Positions 52,655-61,552 of a stretch of DNA of 64,000 bases are shown piece after piece (within the stretch, counting starts at the first letter, position 1; the number at the start of each line of letters is the position of its first letter). Source of the DNA: Phycisphaerales bacterium (lineage in GTDB: Bacteria > Planctomycetota > Phycisphaerae > Phycisphaerales > SM1A02); contig JBFGEG010000004.1 of the NCBI GenBank assembly GCA_041580235.1, positions 1,472-65,471 on the forward strand. The letters are read 5' to 3'. The notes below the pieces were generated by a model. That model made no database searches and was not told the origin of the DNA. It worked only from the letters and a program-made list of their open reading frames with translations. The translations under genes were made by a program, and so were the position numbers.

Positions 52655-54593
52655 CGTGTTGATCCCAGGAGTCGGTTCTGAGCTCGACCAGGTGCGTCGG
52701 GGGTGTATCGGCAGTCGGGTCGCATTCCCACCACTCGTGATCTCCGGACGAATCGGCGAGGACGCGACGGAAGCCGAGGCGGGCGTAGAGATCGGCGACG
52801 ATGCCGTTCTTGACCGTGGCGATGAACTCGCCCCGCAGGGGACGGGTGCCGGCACGTTGCATCATCCATGCGGCGATCGCCTGCTCGACGGTCCGGTTGA
52901 GGACGCGGCAGCTCATGACCCAGCTGTCGATACGCAGTTGACCGCCGTTCGGGACGAGAACGACGGCGGCGATCACGCCCTGTGATCCGAAGACGTCCTC
53001 GTAGGAAAAGACGCCGATCACGGCGCCCTGCTTGCGCAGCGTGTCGAGATCGTGTTCCGTGTGCCGCCGCGTGGTGAGGTTGAACTGGTTCGACTTCTGC
53101 AGCATCTGGGCGACCCGTCGGCGGTTGGGCTCACCGTACGGCTGCACGTCGACGCGGATTCGGATCGCCGCCAGGTAGTCGTCGTAGTCGTCAAAGCTCG
53201 TGCGAAGCTCGGCGGCGGCTCGCCGGGCCGCCAGGTGGCGATGGCGGCTCAAGTCCGTGTCCGTGATTCGGACCGTGTGGAAGTAGCGACCGGCGGCGAG
53301 GGCGGCCAGCGTGTCCGCCGCGGCCGGCCCCGCCCGTATGACGTCCAGGTGCGGGTGCCGCCCCAGCGCTTCGGCGAGCTCGAAGAGGTTGTCGTCGACG
53401 AACAGCATGAACTCCGGTCCAAAGCCGAGGTCCGAACTGATGTTGGCGATCGAGCTGCTCTTGGGATCCCAGCCGATCTGCATGGAAGAGAAGTCGTCGC
53501 TCCCCAGCGCCAGGTTCGGGTTGCGCTCGAAGATCGATCTCACCTCAGGCGAGTTCTTGCTCGCGACCGCCAGCGCGACGCCCAGCGACGTCAGGTTGCG
53601 GCAGTACAGCTGGAGCCGGTGATAGCCCCTGCCGTCGGCGTCGTCAGGTCCGGAGACGATGCCGTGCGGCCCGGCATCGCCGACGGTGCCGCCCCACAAC
53701 GTGTTGTCGAGATCCAGCACGAGGGCCCGGTGGGTCTTGCCGCACAGGGCGGCAACGGAGAACGCGACCTCGCGGGCGAGGGTGACGAGACACGCCGCGT
53801 CATAGGGAATCCCCGCCCGTTGCTCGTTGGCGGCGCTGTACGCGCGCTGTCCGCCCGCTGCGTGGACGGCGTGTGCCCGGTCGATCACTGTGACCCGGGG
53901 CGACTGCATGGCGTGCAAGTGTGCGTTGAGCCGCCCGAGGGCGGCAGCGTAGCCGATGCGGTCCTCCCCGTGCGCGTACCCGCCCGGGACCGCGACGGCA
54001 CCGGGGGCGAAGTTCGTGATGAGAACCTCCGCATGCTCGACGATCGGACCAACGAGGCGGTCGAGCATGTCGGCCGCCTGCTCGATCCGCTCGGACGCGA
54101 CGAGGCCGCCGGGCCCGAGCTGACGGTGCAGCCACGTCTCCCCCAGCGCGATCAGCACGAAGTCGGCGGGCTGCCGGTGCAGCGCAGAGGTGGGGTCGAG
54201 GGCATGAGCCTCGACCGAGTCGAACGCCATGACCTGCACGTCGACATGGACGCCGAGACCGGCGCTGAGTGCCGTCACGAGCGGTGCGAGGTTGTCAATG
54301 GTGTGGTCGGAGAGCACGGCGATCCGCCGGGTGACCGGATTGGGCTTCAACGGCGGCCGGCCGAGATCGTCCCAGCGGTTCAGGAGCTTCTGATACCACA
54401 GCATCGTGCGTCCCGGCTGCAGAAGCGCCAGCCTCAGCAGCGTCTGCGCGGCCGAGGTCGCGCCGCAGCCCAAGAGCTCGTCAAGGGCGCCGGCCAGGGC
54501 CCGCGAGTCGTCTCCAAGTGCGAGAGGCAGACCGGTGCCGAGTGCGGCGGCCGCGGGCTTGTGACTCGAACTGGACATGGATGGGGTCGTCAT
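52575..54593 (-). CDS. FkbH-like HAD-IIIC phosphatase/loader with C-terminal GNAT-like domain
   Basis: HAD motif I LVLDLDNTLWGG, motif II VASKN, and FVDDN acid motif, matching the FkbH/HAD-IIIC pattern. The C-terminal ~170 aa is acyltransferase-like. The 3' end overlaps the ACP gene by 80 nt. Start uncertain (54593, 54578 or 54689). Confidence 0.85.
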   Translation of the reverse strand: MTTPSMSSSSHKPAAAALGTGLPLALGDDSRALAGALDELLGCGATSAAQTLLRLALLQPGRTMLWYQKLLNRWDDLGRPPLKPNPVTRRIAVLSDHTIDNLAPLVTALSAGLGVHVDVQVMAFDSVEAHALDPTSALHRQPADFVLIALGETWLHRQLGPGGLVASERIEQAADMLDRLVGPIVEHAEVLITNFAPGAVAVPGGYAHGEDRIGYAAALGRLNAHLHAMQSPRVTVIDRAHAVHAAGGQRAYSAANEQRAGIPYDAACLVTLAREVAFSVAALCGKTHRALVLDLDNTLWGGTVGDAGPHGIVSGPDDADGRGYHRLQLYCRNLTSLGVALAVASKNSPEVRSIFERNPNLALGSDDFSSMQIGWDPKSSSIANISSDLGFGPEFMLFVDDNLFELAEALGRHPHLDVIRAGPAAADTLAALAAGRYFHTVRITDTDLSRHRHLAARRAAAELRTSFDDYDDYLAAIRIRVDVQPYGEPNRRRVAQMLQKSNQFNLTTRRHTEHDLDTLRKQGAVIGVFSYEDVFGSQGVIAAVVLVPNGGQLRIDSWVMSCRVLNRTVEQAIAAWMMQRAGTRPLRGEFIATVKNGIVADLYARLGFRRVLADSSGDHEWWECDPTADTPPTHLVELRTDSWDQHDGQEHNRRDRDRRLPDAVPPARARAA

Positions 54594-55035
54594 GGCGATG
54601 GGCACCGCCGGGCCCCCGAGAGACCGGCTTATTGTCTGTCGGATGCGATCGGCCTTCGCTGCAGGCCAAATCGCACCCCGTGCAGGCACCGGACCGTGGG
54701 TTTCGGCCAGCTGATCGTCTGGCCCGTGGCGGGCGCGGGTACCGGTAGACCCTGAGAAGGCAGAAACTTACATCGAATCTTCGGGCCCCCGTTGGTGCTG
54801 TCAGCCCGCTCAGGGCAATTCCGAGGCGAGGCGGCGAACCAGTATCTGGAACTCGTTGAGTCCTGCCCCGACCTCACCGGCGACGGCGTGGTCGGGATCG
54901 CCGCGTTGTTCCGGTCGGCACGCTCCGGATCCTGAACGTCCCGGCCGGATTCCCCAGCTTGACAGCGTCTGCGGACGCCGCCCGTGACACTTCCGCGGAG
55001 GAGCCGAGACGCCTGGACTCGCGCCCGGCACGATC

Positions 55036-56559
55036 TTGTGGCGGCGTGCACCGGAATATACTCGCCCCGTGGTTGGACACCGGCTGAGAACGAGCGCGTG
55101 GGCGTGGCTGGCACTGGTGCCGGCGGCGGGTCTCGCCGGCTGCGATCGACCCGACGAGACGCGGCCGCCCAACGTCGTGCTCGTCTCGGCCGACACGCTG
55201 CGGGCCGACGCCCTCAACTGCTACGGGTACCGGGACCACGTGGTGAGCCCCCACCTTGACGCGCTGGCCCGCGACGGCATTCTCTTCGAGAGCTTCATCG
55301 CCGCTTCGCCGTGGACGACGCCGTCGCACATGAGCCTCGTCACGTCGCTGCACCCGACGTCCCACGGCATCGTGCAGCCGTTCTCGACCCTCATGCTCCG
55401 CATGCGGATGGGCAAGGGATACGACCGGCTTGCCGACGACCGGATCACGCTCGCCGAGGTGCTTCGCGACAACGGCTACGAGACGGCTGCGTTCACTGGC
55501 GGCATCACCCTGGATCCGGCCATCGGTTTCGACCAGGGCTTCGACCGGTACGAGACGTCCATGTACAAACTCGATGAGCGGAACATGGGCGCCATGTTCG
55601 AGTGGATCGTGGCCAACGAGGCAAGGCCGTTCTTTCTCTTCTTCCACACGTTCGAGGTGCACGCGCCGTATCTGCACGGCGATTTTCTGCCCGACGAGCA
55701 TGCCGCCCTGCGAACGGCCCTGGCCGCTCGGATCGGCGACCTGACGTCGGCGTCCGCGACAAGCGAGCAGCACAAGGGGCACAACGACATGATGCGCCGG
55801 CTGCTCGTCGATCGGGACGCCTGGGATCCCCGGATCACGCGGGCGATGTACGGCGGCGGCGTCCGATCCTTCGACGGCTGGCTGGGGCGTCTCGTGGAGA
55901 CGCTCCGCGAGCGGGGGCTCTACGACGACACGCTGATCGTCTTCGTCAGCGACCACGGCGATGAGTTTGCGGACCACGACCCGGCGCACTTCTACGACAT
56001 GCACGGGCACACGCTGTACGAGGAGCTCGTTCGCGTGCCGCTCATCATCAAGCTGCCGGGGGGGGAGCACGCCGGCACGCGAGTACGCCCGGTCGCCCGC
56101 GGGGTGGATGTCATGCCCACGATCGTGGACCTGCTCGACCTCGCGCCGCCGGGCCCGGTCATGCAGGGTCTCTCGCTGGAGCCGCTGTGGGACGGCGGCA
56201 CCAACCCGCGGCCGCGTGTGGCGTTCTGCGAGGCCTCAGCATTACCAAACGAGCTCAAGTGCGTCCGGACCGCCCGTTACAAGTACATCGTCGATGTCCC
56301 CGCGTCGAGCGTCAGCGAGAACGGCCGTGCCTGGCTGCCGGAGCAGATCGAGACGCGTCTGCTGTTTGATCTGCAGTCGGACCCCTTTGAGCGCACCAAC
56401 CTGCTGGCCGGCGAACCGTCGGCGACCGTGCAGGCACTTGTCGCAGCGCTCGACACGCGTCTGCGGGGATTCCTCAATGAAGACGCCGCCGAGACCGAGG
56501 AGGTTTTCCTCGACGAGGAGACCATCAGGAAGCTGCGCGCCCTGGGATATCTCGAGTAA
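55036..56559 (+). CDS. sulfatase-like (alkaline-phosphatase superfamily) lipoprotein with Thr in place of the formylglycine Cys/Ser
   Basis: NVVLVSADTLRAD metal site and C-terminal DHGDEF. The nucleophile motif reads W-T-T-P-S-H where sulfatases have C/S-x-P-x-R. Lipobox LAGC. Start is TTG 55036 or GTG 55069. Confidence 0.85.
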   Translation: MWRRAPEYTRPVVGHRLRTSAWAWLALVPAAGLAGCDRPDETRPPNVVLVSADTLRADALNCYGYRDHVVSPHLDALARDGILFESFIAASPWTTPSHMSLVTSLHPTSHGIVQPFSTLMLRMRMGKGYDRLADDRITLAEVLRDNGYETAAFTGGITLDPAIGFDQGFDRYETSMYKLDERNMGAMFEWIVANEARPFFLFFHTFEVHAPYLHGDFLPDEHAALRTALAARIGDLTSASATSEQHKGHNDMMRRLLVDRDAWDPRITRAMYGGGVRSFDGWLGRLVETLRERGLYDDTLIVFVSDHGDEFADHDPAHFYDMHGHTLYEELVRVPLIIKLPGGEHAGTRVRPVARGVDVMPTIVDLLDLAPPGPVMQGLSLEPLWDGGTNPRPRVAFCEASALPNELKCVRTARYKYIVDVPASSVSENGRAWLPEQIETRLLFDLQSDPFERTNLLAGEPSATVQALVAALDTRLRGFLNEDAAETEEVFLDEETIRKLRALGYLE

Positions 56560-56810
56560 CGGTCTCGCTTGATCACGGGCTTCGGGCGGCCTTGGCACGA
56601 TCAGTCGCCCAAGACCATCTCGGATCCGTCGTCGACGTTATAGAGCACCGGCCGCGGCTGGTCGGGAATGTCAAGACAAACCCTCAGGTCTGTTGCGCCG
56701 CGTCCGAAGTGCGTGCGGGTTACGAGAGTCCTTCATCGGATTATCGATCGGTGGGCCGCTGCACCCGTGCCTCGCTGCGAGGGATTGATCCGGCTCCCAG
56801 GATCGTGCGA

Positions 56811-56824
56811 CGTCTGATCAGACG
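56811..56824. promoter_or_regulatory. perfect 14-bp palindrome CGTCTGATCAGACG upstream of the EEP gene (candidate operator)
   Basis: Verified by hand as self-complementary. Lies about 30 nt upstream of a TTGACC -35-like hexamer (56854-56859) and about 60 nt upstream of the first ATG. Confidence 0.3.
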
Positions 56825-56881
56825 ACTTTGCTCAGATACCGTGCTCCTGCCCGTTGACCGACATCGGTATTCTTGGTCACA

Positions 56882-58084
56882 ATGGGGCCGATGCGGTGGC
56901 GGCGGACCATTCAGGGAATCGGGATCCCGCTCCTGGCGGGGTGCGCGGCGGTCCCTGCGGAAGCCGGACCCGGTCATCTCCGCATCGTCACCTACAACGT
57001 CGCCAGGCTCAACAGCGAGGCGTGCACCCCGGGCGCGCTGGAGTCCGTTTTTACAGCCCTGAACGAGGATGAGTCTCCGCCCGTTGCGGACGCGCCTCAT
57101 GTCTATGTCTTCCAGGAGGTACGGTCCGCCGACGTCGTCCCCCTCGGGGAGATGCTCAACGCGGTCGCGCCTTCCGGTGTGACCTATGTTCTTGGCACTT
57201 ACACCAACAACAACGAGGACGTCGCCGCCGGCGCCCAGGCGCTGTTTTACCGCCCGGACACGCTGGCCGAGGTTACGAGCGAGCATGCGGACTTCGTGAC
57301 CGGGGGCGGCCGCCAGGCCGACCGCTGGAAGCTGCAGCTGACCTGCCATAGCGGGGTCAGTGTCTACATCTACGGCAACCACCTCATGCACGCATCGGGT
57401 GCCGCCAGCGAACAGCTGCGTCTGGAGGGAGCCATGGTGATCCGCGAGGATGCGGACACGCTGCCGGAGGGCACCGCCGTCATCTATGCCGGTGACATGA
57501 ACCTCTATCACAGCGAGGAGCCCGCGTACGCGCACTTCCTCTCGCCCGGTCCCGGCCAGGCCTTCGATCCGCTCGGCACCGAGCCCTGGAACTGCACCGA
57601 GGATCCCTCGGCCGCGGTCAAGCACACCCAGTCGCCCCGCTGCGTTCAAAGTTGCGCGCTCACCGGCGGCTGCATGAACGACCGGTTTGATTTTCAGCTC
57701 ATGACGGATGAGCTGCTGGACGGCGTCGGGATCGACTATCTGCCGGGCAGCTACCGCGCCCTAGGCAACGATGGCCAGCACTGCGAGATCGCCATCAACG
57801 AGGGCGACAACTTTTACTACGGCGACGTCACCCGCTCCAACGCGCTCGCCGACGCGCTCCACGACGCCTCGGACCATCTTCCGGTCGTGGTCGACTATGA
57901 ATACACGACCATTAGCGGCGACATCGATGGCAACGGCACGGTGGGGCTCGCCGACCTTCTCGCGGTGGTCGGGAACTGGGGTAACTGTCCCCAGCCCTGC
58001 ACCGCCGCCTGCGCCGGTGATGTGGACTGCGACTGCATCGTCGGCATCAGCGACTTCCTGCTCGTTCTGGGACTCTGGGGTTAG
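56882..58084 (+). CDS. secreted endonuclease/exonuclease/phosphatase (EEP) family protein with dockerin-like tail
   Basis: EEP motifs LRIVTYNV, VFQEV, GDMN, SDHLPVVVDY. Lipobox/signal IPLLAGC. Tail GDIDGNGTVGLADLLAVVGNWGNCP...GDVDCDCIVGISDFLLVLGLWG. Start 56882 or 56891. Confidence 0.8.
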   Translation: MGPMRWRRTIQGIGIPLLAGCAAVPAEAGPGHLRIVTYNVARLNSEACTPGALESVFTALNEDESPPVADAPHVYVFQEVRSADVVPLGEMLNAVAPSGVTYVLGTYTNNNEDVAAGAQALFYRPDTLAEVTSEHADFVTGGGRQADRWKLQLTCHSGVSVYIYGNHLMHASGAASEQLRLEGAMVIREDADTLPEGTAVIYAGDMNLYHSEEPAYAHFLSPGPGQAFDPLGTEPWNCTEDPSAAVKHTQSPRCVQSCALTGGCMNDRFDFQLMTDELLDGVGIDYLPGSYRALGNDGQHCEIAINEGDNFYYGDVTRSNALADALHDASDHLPVVVDYEYTTISGDIDGNGTVGLADLLAVVGNWGNCPQPCTAACAGDVDCDCIVGISDFLLVLGLWG

Positions 58085-58201
58085 GTCGGAGCTGACGGCT
58101 TGCGCCGAGAACCGACACGCGGCGTGAGCGACAGGATCCGGACCCGCTCACCCTATACTCTAACGCTTCGGAGAAAGAGGACTCCCCGGAATAGGTGAGC
58201 G

Positions 58202-59680
58202 ATGGATTCCACGCCCTTGTCCGCCGCCCGTCACCTGATCCATGGGAGCGCACGCGTCCTTCTCGCCGAGGCCCTGGTTCTGCCGACCGGTCTCCTGACC
58301 GCGGTGTATCTCACGCGGCGGCTGGGGCCCGCCGACTACGGACTGTTCACGCTGGCGTCGGTCGTCGCGGTATGGCTGGAGTGGGGAATCGCGTCCTTCT
58401 TCTCGCGGGCGACGATCCAGCTCGTGGGCGAAGCGGACGACTGGAAACCGATCGGGACACTGGTGGTGCGCGGCCATCTCGTCGTGAGCGGCAGCGCGGC
58501 TGTTGCGCTGTGGCTGGCGGCCTCTACCGTGGCGGGGGCGCTGGGCGAGCCGGAGCTCACAGGCTACCTGCGGCTCTTCGCCGTCGGTCTTCCGCTGTTC
58601 AGCCTGGTCCAGGGGCATCGCCACATCCTGGTGGGGACCGGCGCCTTTCAAGCGCGGGCACTCACCAGCGCGAGTCGATGGATCGCGCGGCTGCTGCTGA
58701 TCATTCTCCTCGTGGAGCTGGGTCTCTCCGTCAGCGGAGCCATCCTCGGCAGCATCGGTGCATCGTTGGTTGAGCTCGTCGTCGCGCGTTGCCATGTCCG
58801 ACCGTCGCCCTTCGGACATGCAGGGCTTCCCTGGCGGCGGCTCATCGGCTACGCCGTGCCGCTGTCCCTGTTCGCGCTGAGCCTGCGGATCTTCGAGAAG
58901 CTGGACCTCATCATGTTCAAGATCCTCGGCGCCACGGCGCCCGAGGCGGGTGTCTACGGGGCTGCCCAGAGCCTGTCACTCATCCCCGTGCTGTTCGGTC
59001 TCACCTTCGCGTCACTGCTGCTCTCGACGCTCACACGAACACTGCGAGCGGGAAGCCTTCAGGAGGCTCGCGATCTCGGACGCGACTCGATGCGGCTGGT
59101 GCTCGTGCTCCTGCCCGGGGCGGCGCTGGTGGCGGGAGCTTCCGCCGAGATCGTCGACCTGCTGTTCGGGGCCCCCTTCGCCGGCGCGTCCGGCCCGCTG
59201 GCGCCGTTGATCTTGGCCGGCCTGGCCATTGTGATGATCGGTGTGACCACCGCGATCCTGACGGCGGCGGGCAAGCCCGCCTGGACGTTCGGCCTGGTCG
59301 GACCGCTGGTCCCTCTGGCCCTGCTGGGGCACCTGCTGCTGATTCCGAGTCTTGGAATGATCGGAGCCGCGCTGGTGACCACCGCCCTCGCCCTGCTGGC
59401 GGCAATGGTCGCGGTGGCTGCCGTCCACCGGATCTGGCGGATCATGCCTCCGCCCGCCACGCTGGCACGCAGCGTCCTCGTGAGTGGTGTGACCTTCGGA
59501 CTGGCCGTGGCGTGGCCCACGCCGGGGTTATGGCTCCTTTTGAAGTTCGCGGTGATCGCACTCGTGATCGCCTGCGCCTTTGTGCTTCTGCGGGAATTCA
59601 GCGTTCGCGAGATCCTGGATGGCGCGCTGGGCGGCGTACGGGCCACGCAACGCGGTGACCGGACCGATCCCCGTGAATGA
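58202..59680 (+). CDS. polysaccharide biosynthesis protein / Wzx-like MOP-family flippase
   Basis: About 14 predicted TM helices. N-terminal ...GSARVLLAEALVLPTGLLTAVYLTRRLGPADYGLF pattern typical of oligosaccharide flippases. Confidence 0.8.
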   Translation: MDSTPLSAARHLIHGSARVLLAEALVLPTGLLTAVYLTRRLGPADYGLFTLASVVAVWLEWGIASFFSRATIQLVGEADDWKPIGTLVVRGHLVVSGSAAVALWLAASTVAGALGEPELTGYLRLFAVGLPLFSLVQGHRHILVGTGAFQARALTSASRWIARLLLIILLVELGLSVSGAILGSIGASLVELVVARCHVRPSPFGHAGLPWRRLIGYAVPLSLFALSLRIFEKLDLIMFKILGATAPEAGVYGAAQSLSLIPVLFGLTFASLLLSTLTRTLRAGSLQEARDLGRDSMRLVLVLLPGAALVAGASAEIVDLLFGAPFAGASGPLAPLILAGLAIVMIGVTTAILTAAGKPAWTFGLVGPLVPLALLGHLLLIPSLGMIGAALVTTALALLAAMVAVAAVHRIWRIMPPPATLARSVLVSGVTFGLAVAWPTPGLWLLLKFAVIALVIACAFVLLREFSVREILDGALGGVRATQRGDRTDPRE

Positions 59681-60932
59681 CGTCCTGCTGCGCGTGTTCC
59701 GGGCGCTCGAGGAGCAAGGCATCAGCTACTGCCTGATGCGGGACTACGACCAGCTCGATCAGGTCGGCAACGGCCGCGACGTGGACCTGCTCGTTGAAGA
59801 GAGCCGGTTCGCCGAGACGTACCGCATCCTGGACGGGCTTGGGTTTCTCCGCCTCCCGTATCGAGGGCATGCGCCCCATCACTTCTTCGTGGCCTACGAC
59901 GAGGACTCGGACCTCTGGCTGGAGCTCGATGTCGTGACCGAGGTCGCGTGCGGCCGGCCGGTTTACGCACTGCGCACCGGGCTCGCTTCACACTGCCTTG
60001 GCGGACGGAGACGCCGGGGGCCGACCTACGTCGCGTCGCCGGCCGACGAGCTGGTGATGCTTCTGCTGCACTGCGTCGTCGACAAACGCGAGGTGACCGC
60101 GGTCCGGCGCGAGCGTCTGGTCGCCCTGGTTGGCGAGGTTACTGACGAGCAGGAAATCTCCGAGCGGCTGGCAAGCTGCTCGACGTTGAGCTGGCCGCAA
60201 CTTACCGCGTGCATCAGGGCCGGCGAGTGGGACCGGCTGCTTGCCGAGCGGCCTGCCATCGAGCGTCGCCTGGCCGCACGGGATCAGTTCGGCACGCTCG
60301 GGCGGAAGATCCGGGACCGTGTCCTTCGCCACCTGGACCGGGCGGCAGGCCTGCTGCGACCCCGTGCCCTGAGTGTGGCCCTGCTGGCACCCGACGGAGC
60401 CGGTAAGACGACGCTCGCGCAAGGACTTCGGCGGACGTACTACGGGCCCGTCCGGTCGATGTACATGGGTCCCTACCGGGCCGGGGGCGGGGGGCCTCCC
60501 GGCCGCCGGCGTTCACCTTTCGGCGTGCCGTGGCGGTTTGCCCGGCAGTGGTGCCGGTTCCTCGCGGCGCGATATCACCGGACACGGGGGCGCACGGTGA
60601 TCTTCGACCGTTACGGCTACGACGCCCTGGCTCCGCCTTCGCCGCCCCGCACCCGCCTGGAGAAGACGCACGCGTGGCTGCTGAGCCGCGCCTGCCCTGC
60701 GCCCGATCTCGTCCTCGTGCTCGACGCTCCGGGCGAGGTGCTCCACGCCCGCAAGAGCGAAAGCAGCACATCCGTCCTGGAGCGACAGCGGCAGTGCTAT
60801 CTCGATCTTCGCGATCGACTTCCCCGAGTGATCGTCGTCGACGCCACGCCGGACGCCGAACAGGTCCGGCGACACGTCGTATCCTTGATCTGGAGGCAGT
60901 ACGTGGCGGCGTGCAGGAAGAGGCGGCGATGA
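59673..60932 (+). CDS. fusion protein: uncharacterised nucleotidyltransferase-like N-domain + P-loop (dTMP-kinase-like) kinase C-domain
   Basis: N-domain VFRALEEQGISYCLMRDYD....GRDVDLLV resembles the NTP_transf_5-type family. Walker A LLAPDGAGKTTLAQGL, followed by VIFDRY and LVLVLDAP (Walker B/lid-like). GTG 59673 overlaps the flippase 3' end by 8 nt. Confidence 0.65.
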   Translation: MNDVLLRVFRALEEQGISYCLMRDYDQLDQVGNGRDVDLLVEESRFAETYRILDGLGFLRLPYRGHAPHHFFVAYDEDSDLWLELDVVTEVACGRPVYALRTGLASHCLGGRRRRGPTYVASPADELVMLLLHCVVDKREVTAVRRERLVALVGEVTDEQEISERLASCSTLSWPQLTACIRAGEWDRLLAERPAIERRLAARDQFGTLGRKIRDRVLRHLDRAAGLLRPRALSVALLAPDGAGKTTLAQGLRRTYYGPVRSMYMGPYRAGGGGPPGRRRSPFGVPWRFARQWCRFLAARYHRTRGRTVIFDRYGYDALAPPSPPRTRLEKTHAWLLSRACPAPDLVLVLDAPGEVLHARKSESSTSVLERQRQCYLDLRDRLPRVIVVDATPDAEQVRRHVVSLIWRQYVAACRKRRR

Positions 60933-61552
60933 CCGGGCGAAACGGACGGAGACCCTTCGACGCCGCGCTGCGATCGTCACGGCGACTCGACTGGCGTTTT
61001 CTTCTGCCGAATCCCATGTTGGGGCGGGTGGGTTATCTCGGTCCGCGCGGGGGGAGGCTGCGGGAATCACTGCAGGAGTTCAGCGAGGAGTGCATGGATC
61101 TCGAATGCGACGGCCGGGAAGGCCCCCCCGCGCCGAGGAACCTCCTCGACGTGGTGGTCGTGACGGACCCGCGACTGAAAACGCTGCAGTCCGCGGTGGC
61201 GTCGCTGAAGACCGGCGGCTGGCTCTACGCAGAGGTGGATCGCGGCTGGGCACGCAGCGGGCCGCTGCGTCATCTGCCGCGCCCGTCGGTCCGGCCACGC
61301 GTCACCTCAATGCTCCGACGACTCGGCATGGAGGACATCGCCGTCTCCTGGCACTGGCCTGACTTCGACGCCTCGAATGCGATCCTGGGGGTGCGCGACC
61401 GCGCGGCGGTCTTGTACGCCCTTCGCTTTCGACCGGACACCCCCGGCCTGCGCTGGGCGTCGATCGCCGCCCATGGCATTCTCCGCTCGCCGCTGCTTGG
61501 GCTGGTCGTTCCGTGCGTCAGCGTCGTGGCCCGCCGCGGAGGTGCCGCGTGA
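60929..61552 (+). CDS. hypothetical protein (possibly degenerate methyltransferase fold)
   Basis: ATGA overlap with the upstream stop. RVGYLGPRGG....LDVVVVTDP...LKTGGWLYAEV is reminiscent of class I MTase strands, but without a clean SAM motif. Confidence 0.5.
   Translation: MTGRNGRRPFDAALRSSRRLDWRFLLPNPMLGRVGYLGPRGGRLRESLQEFSEECMDLECDGREGPPAPRNLLDVVVVTDPRLKTLQSAVASLKTGGWLYAEVDRGWARSGPLRHLPRPSVRPRVTSMLRRLGMEDIAVSWHWPDFDASNAILGVRDRAAVLYALRFRPDTPGLRWASIAAHGILRSPLLGLVVPCVSVVARRGGAA

Noticed and set aside
53052-54755. 567-aa plus-strand ORF opposite the FkbH-like gene
   Set aside because: It is an antisense shadow with no motifs.
54629-55114. 161-aa minus-strand ORF in the divergent region between the FkbH-like and sulfatase-like genes
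   Set aside because: It spans a lower-G+C, promoter-like region and overlaps both neighbouring gene starts. It has no motifs or RBS.
54874-56070. 398-aa minus-strand ORF opposite the sulfatase-like gene
   Set aside because: It is an antisense shadow with no motifs.
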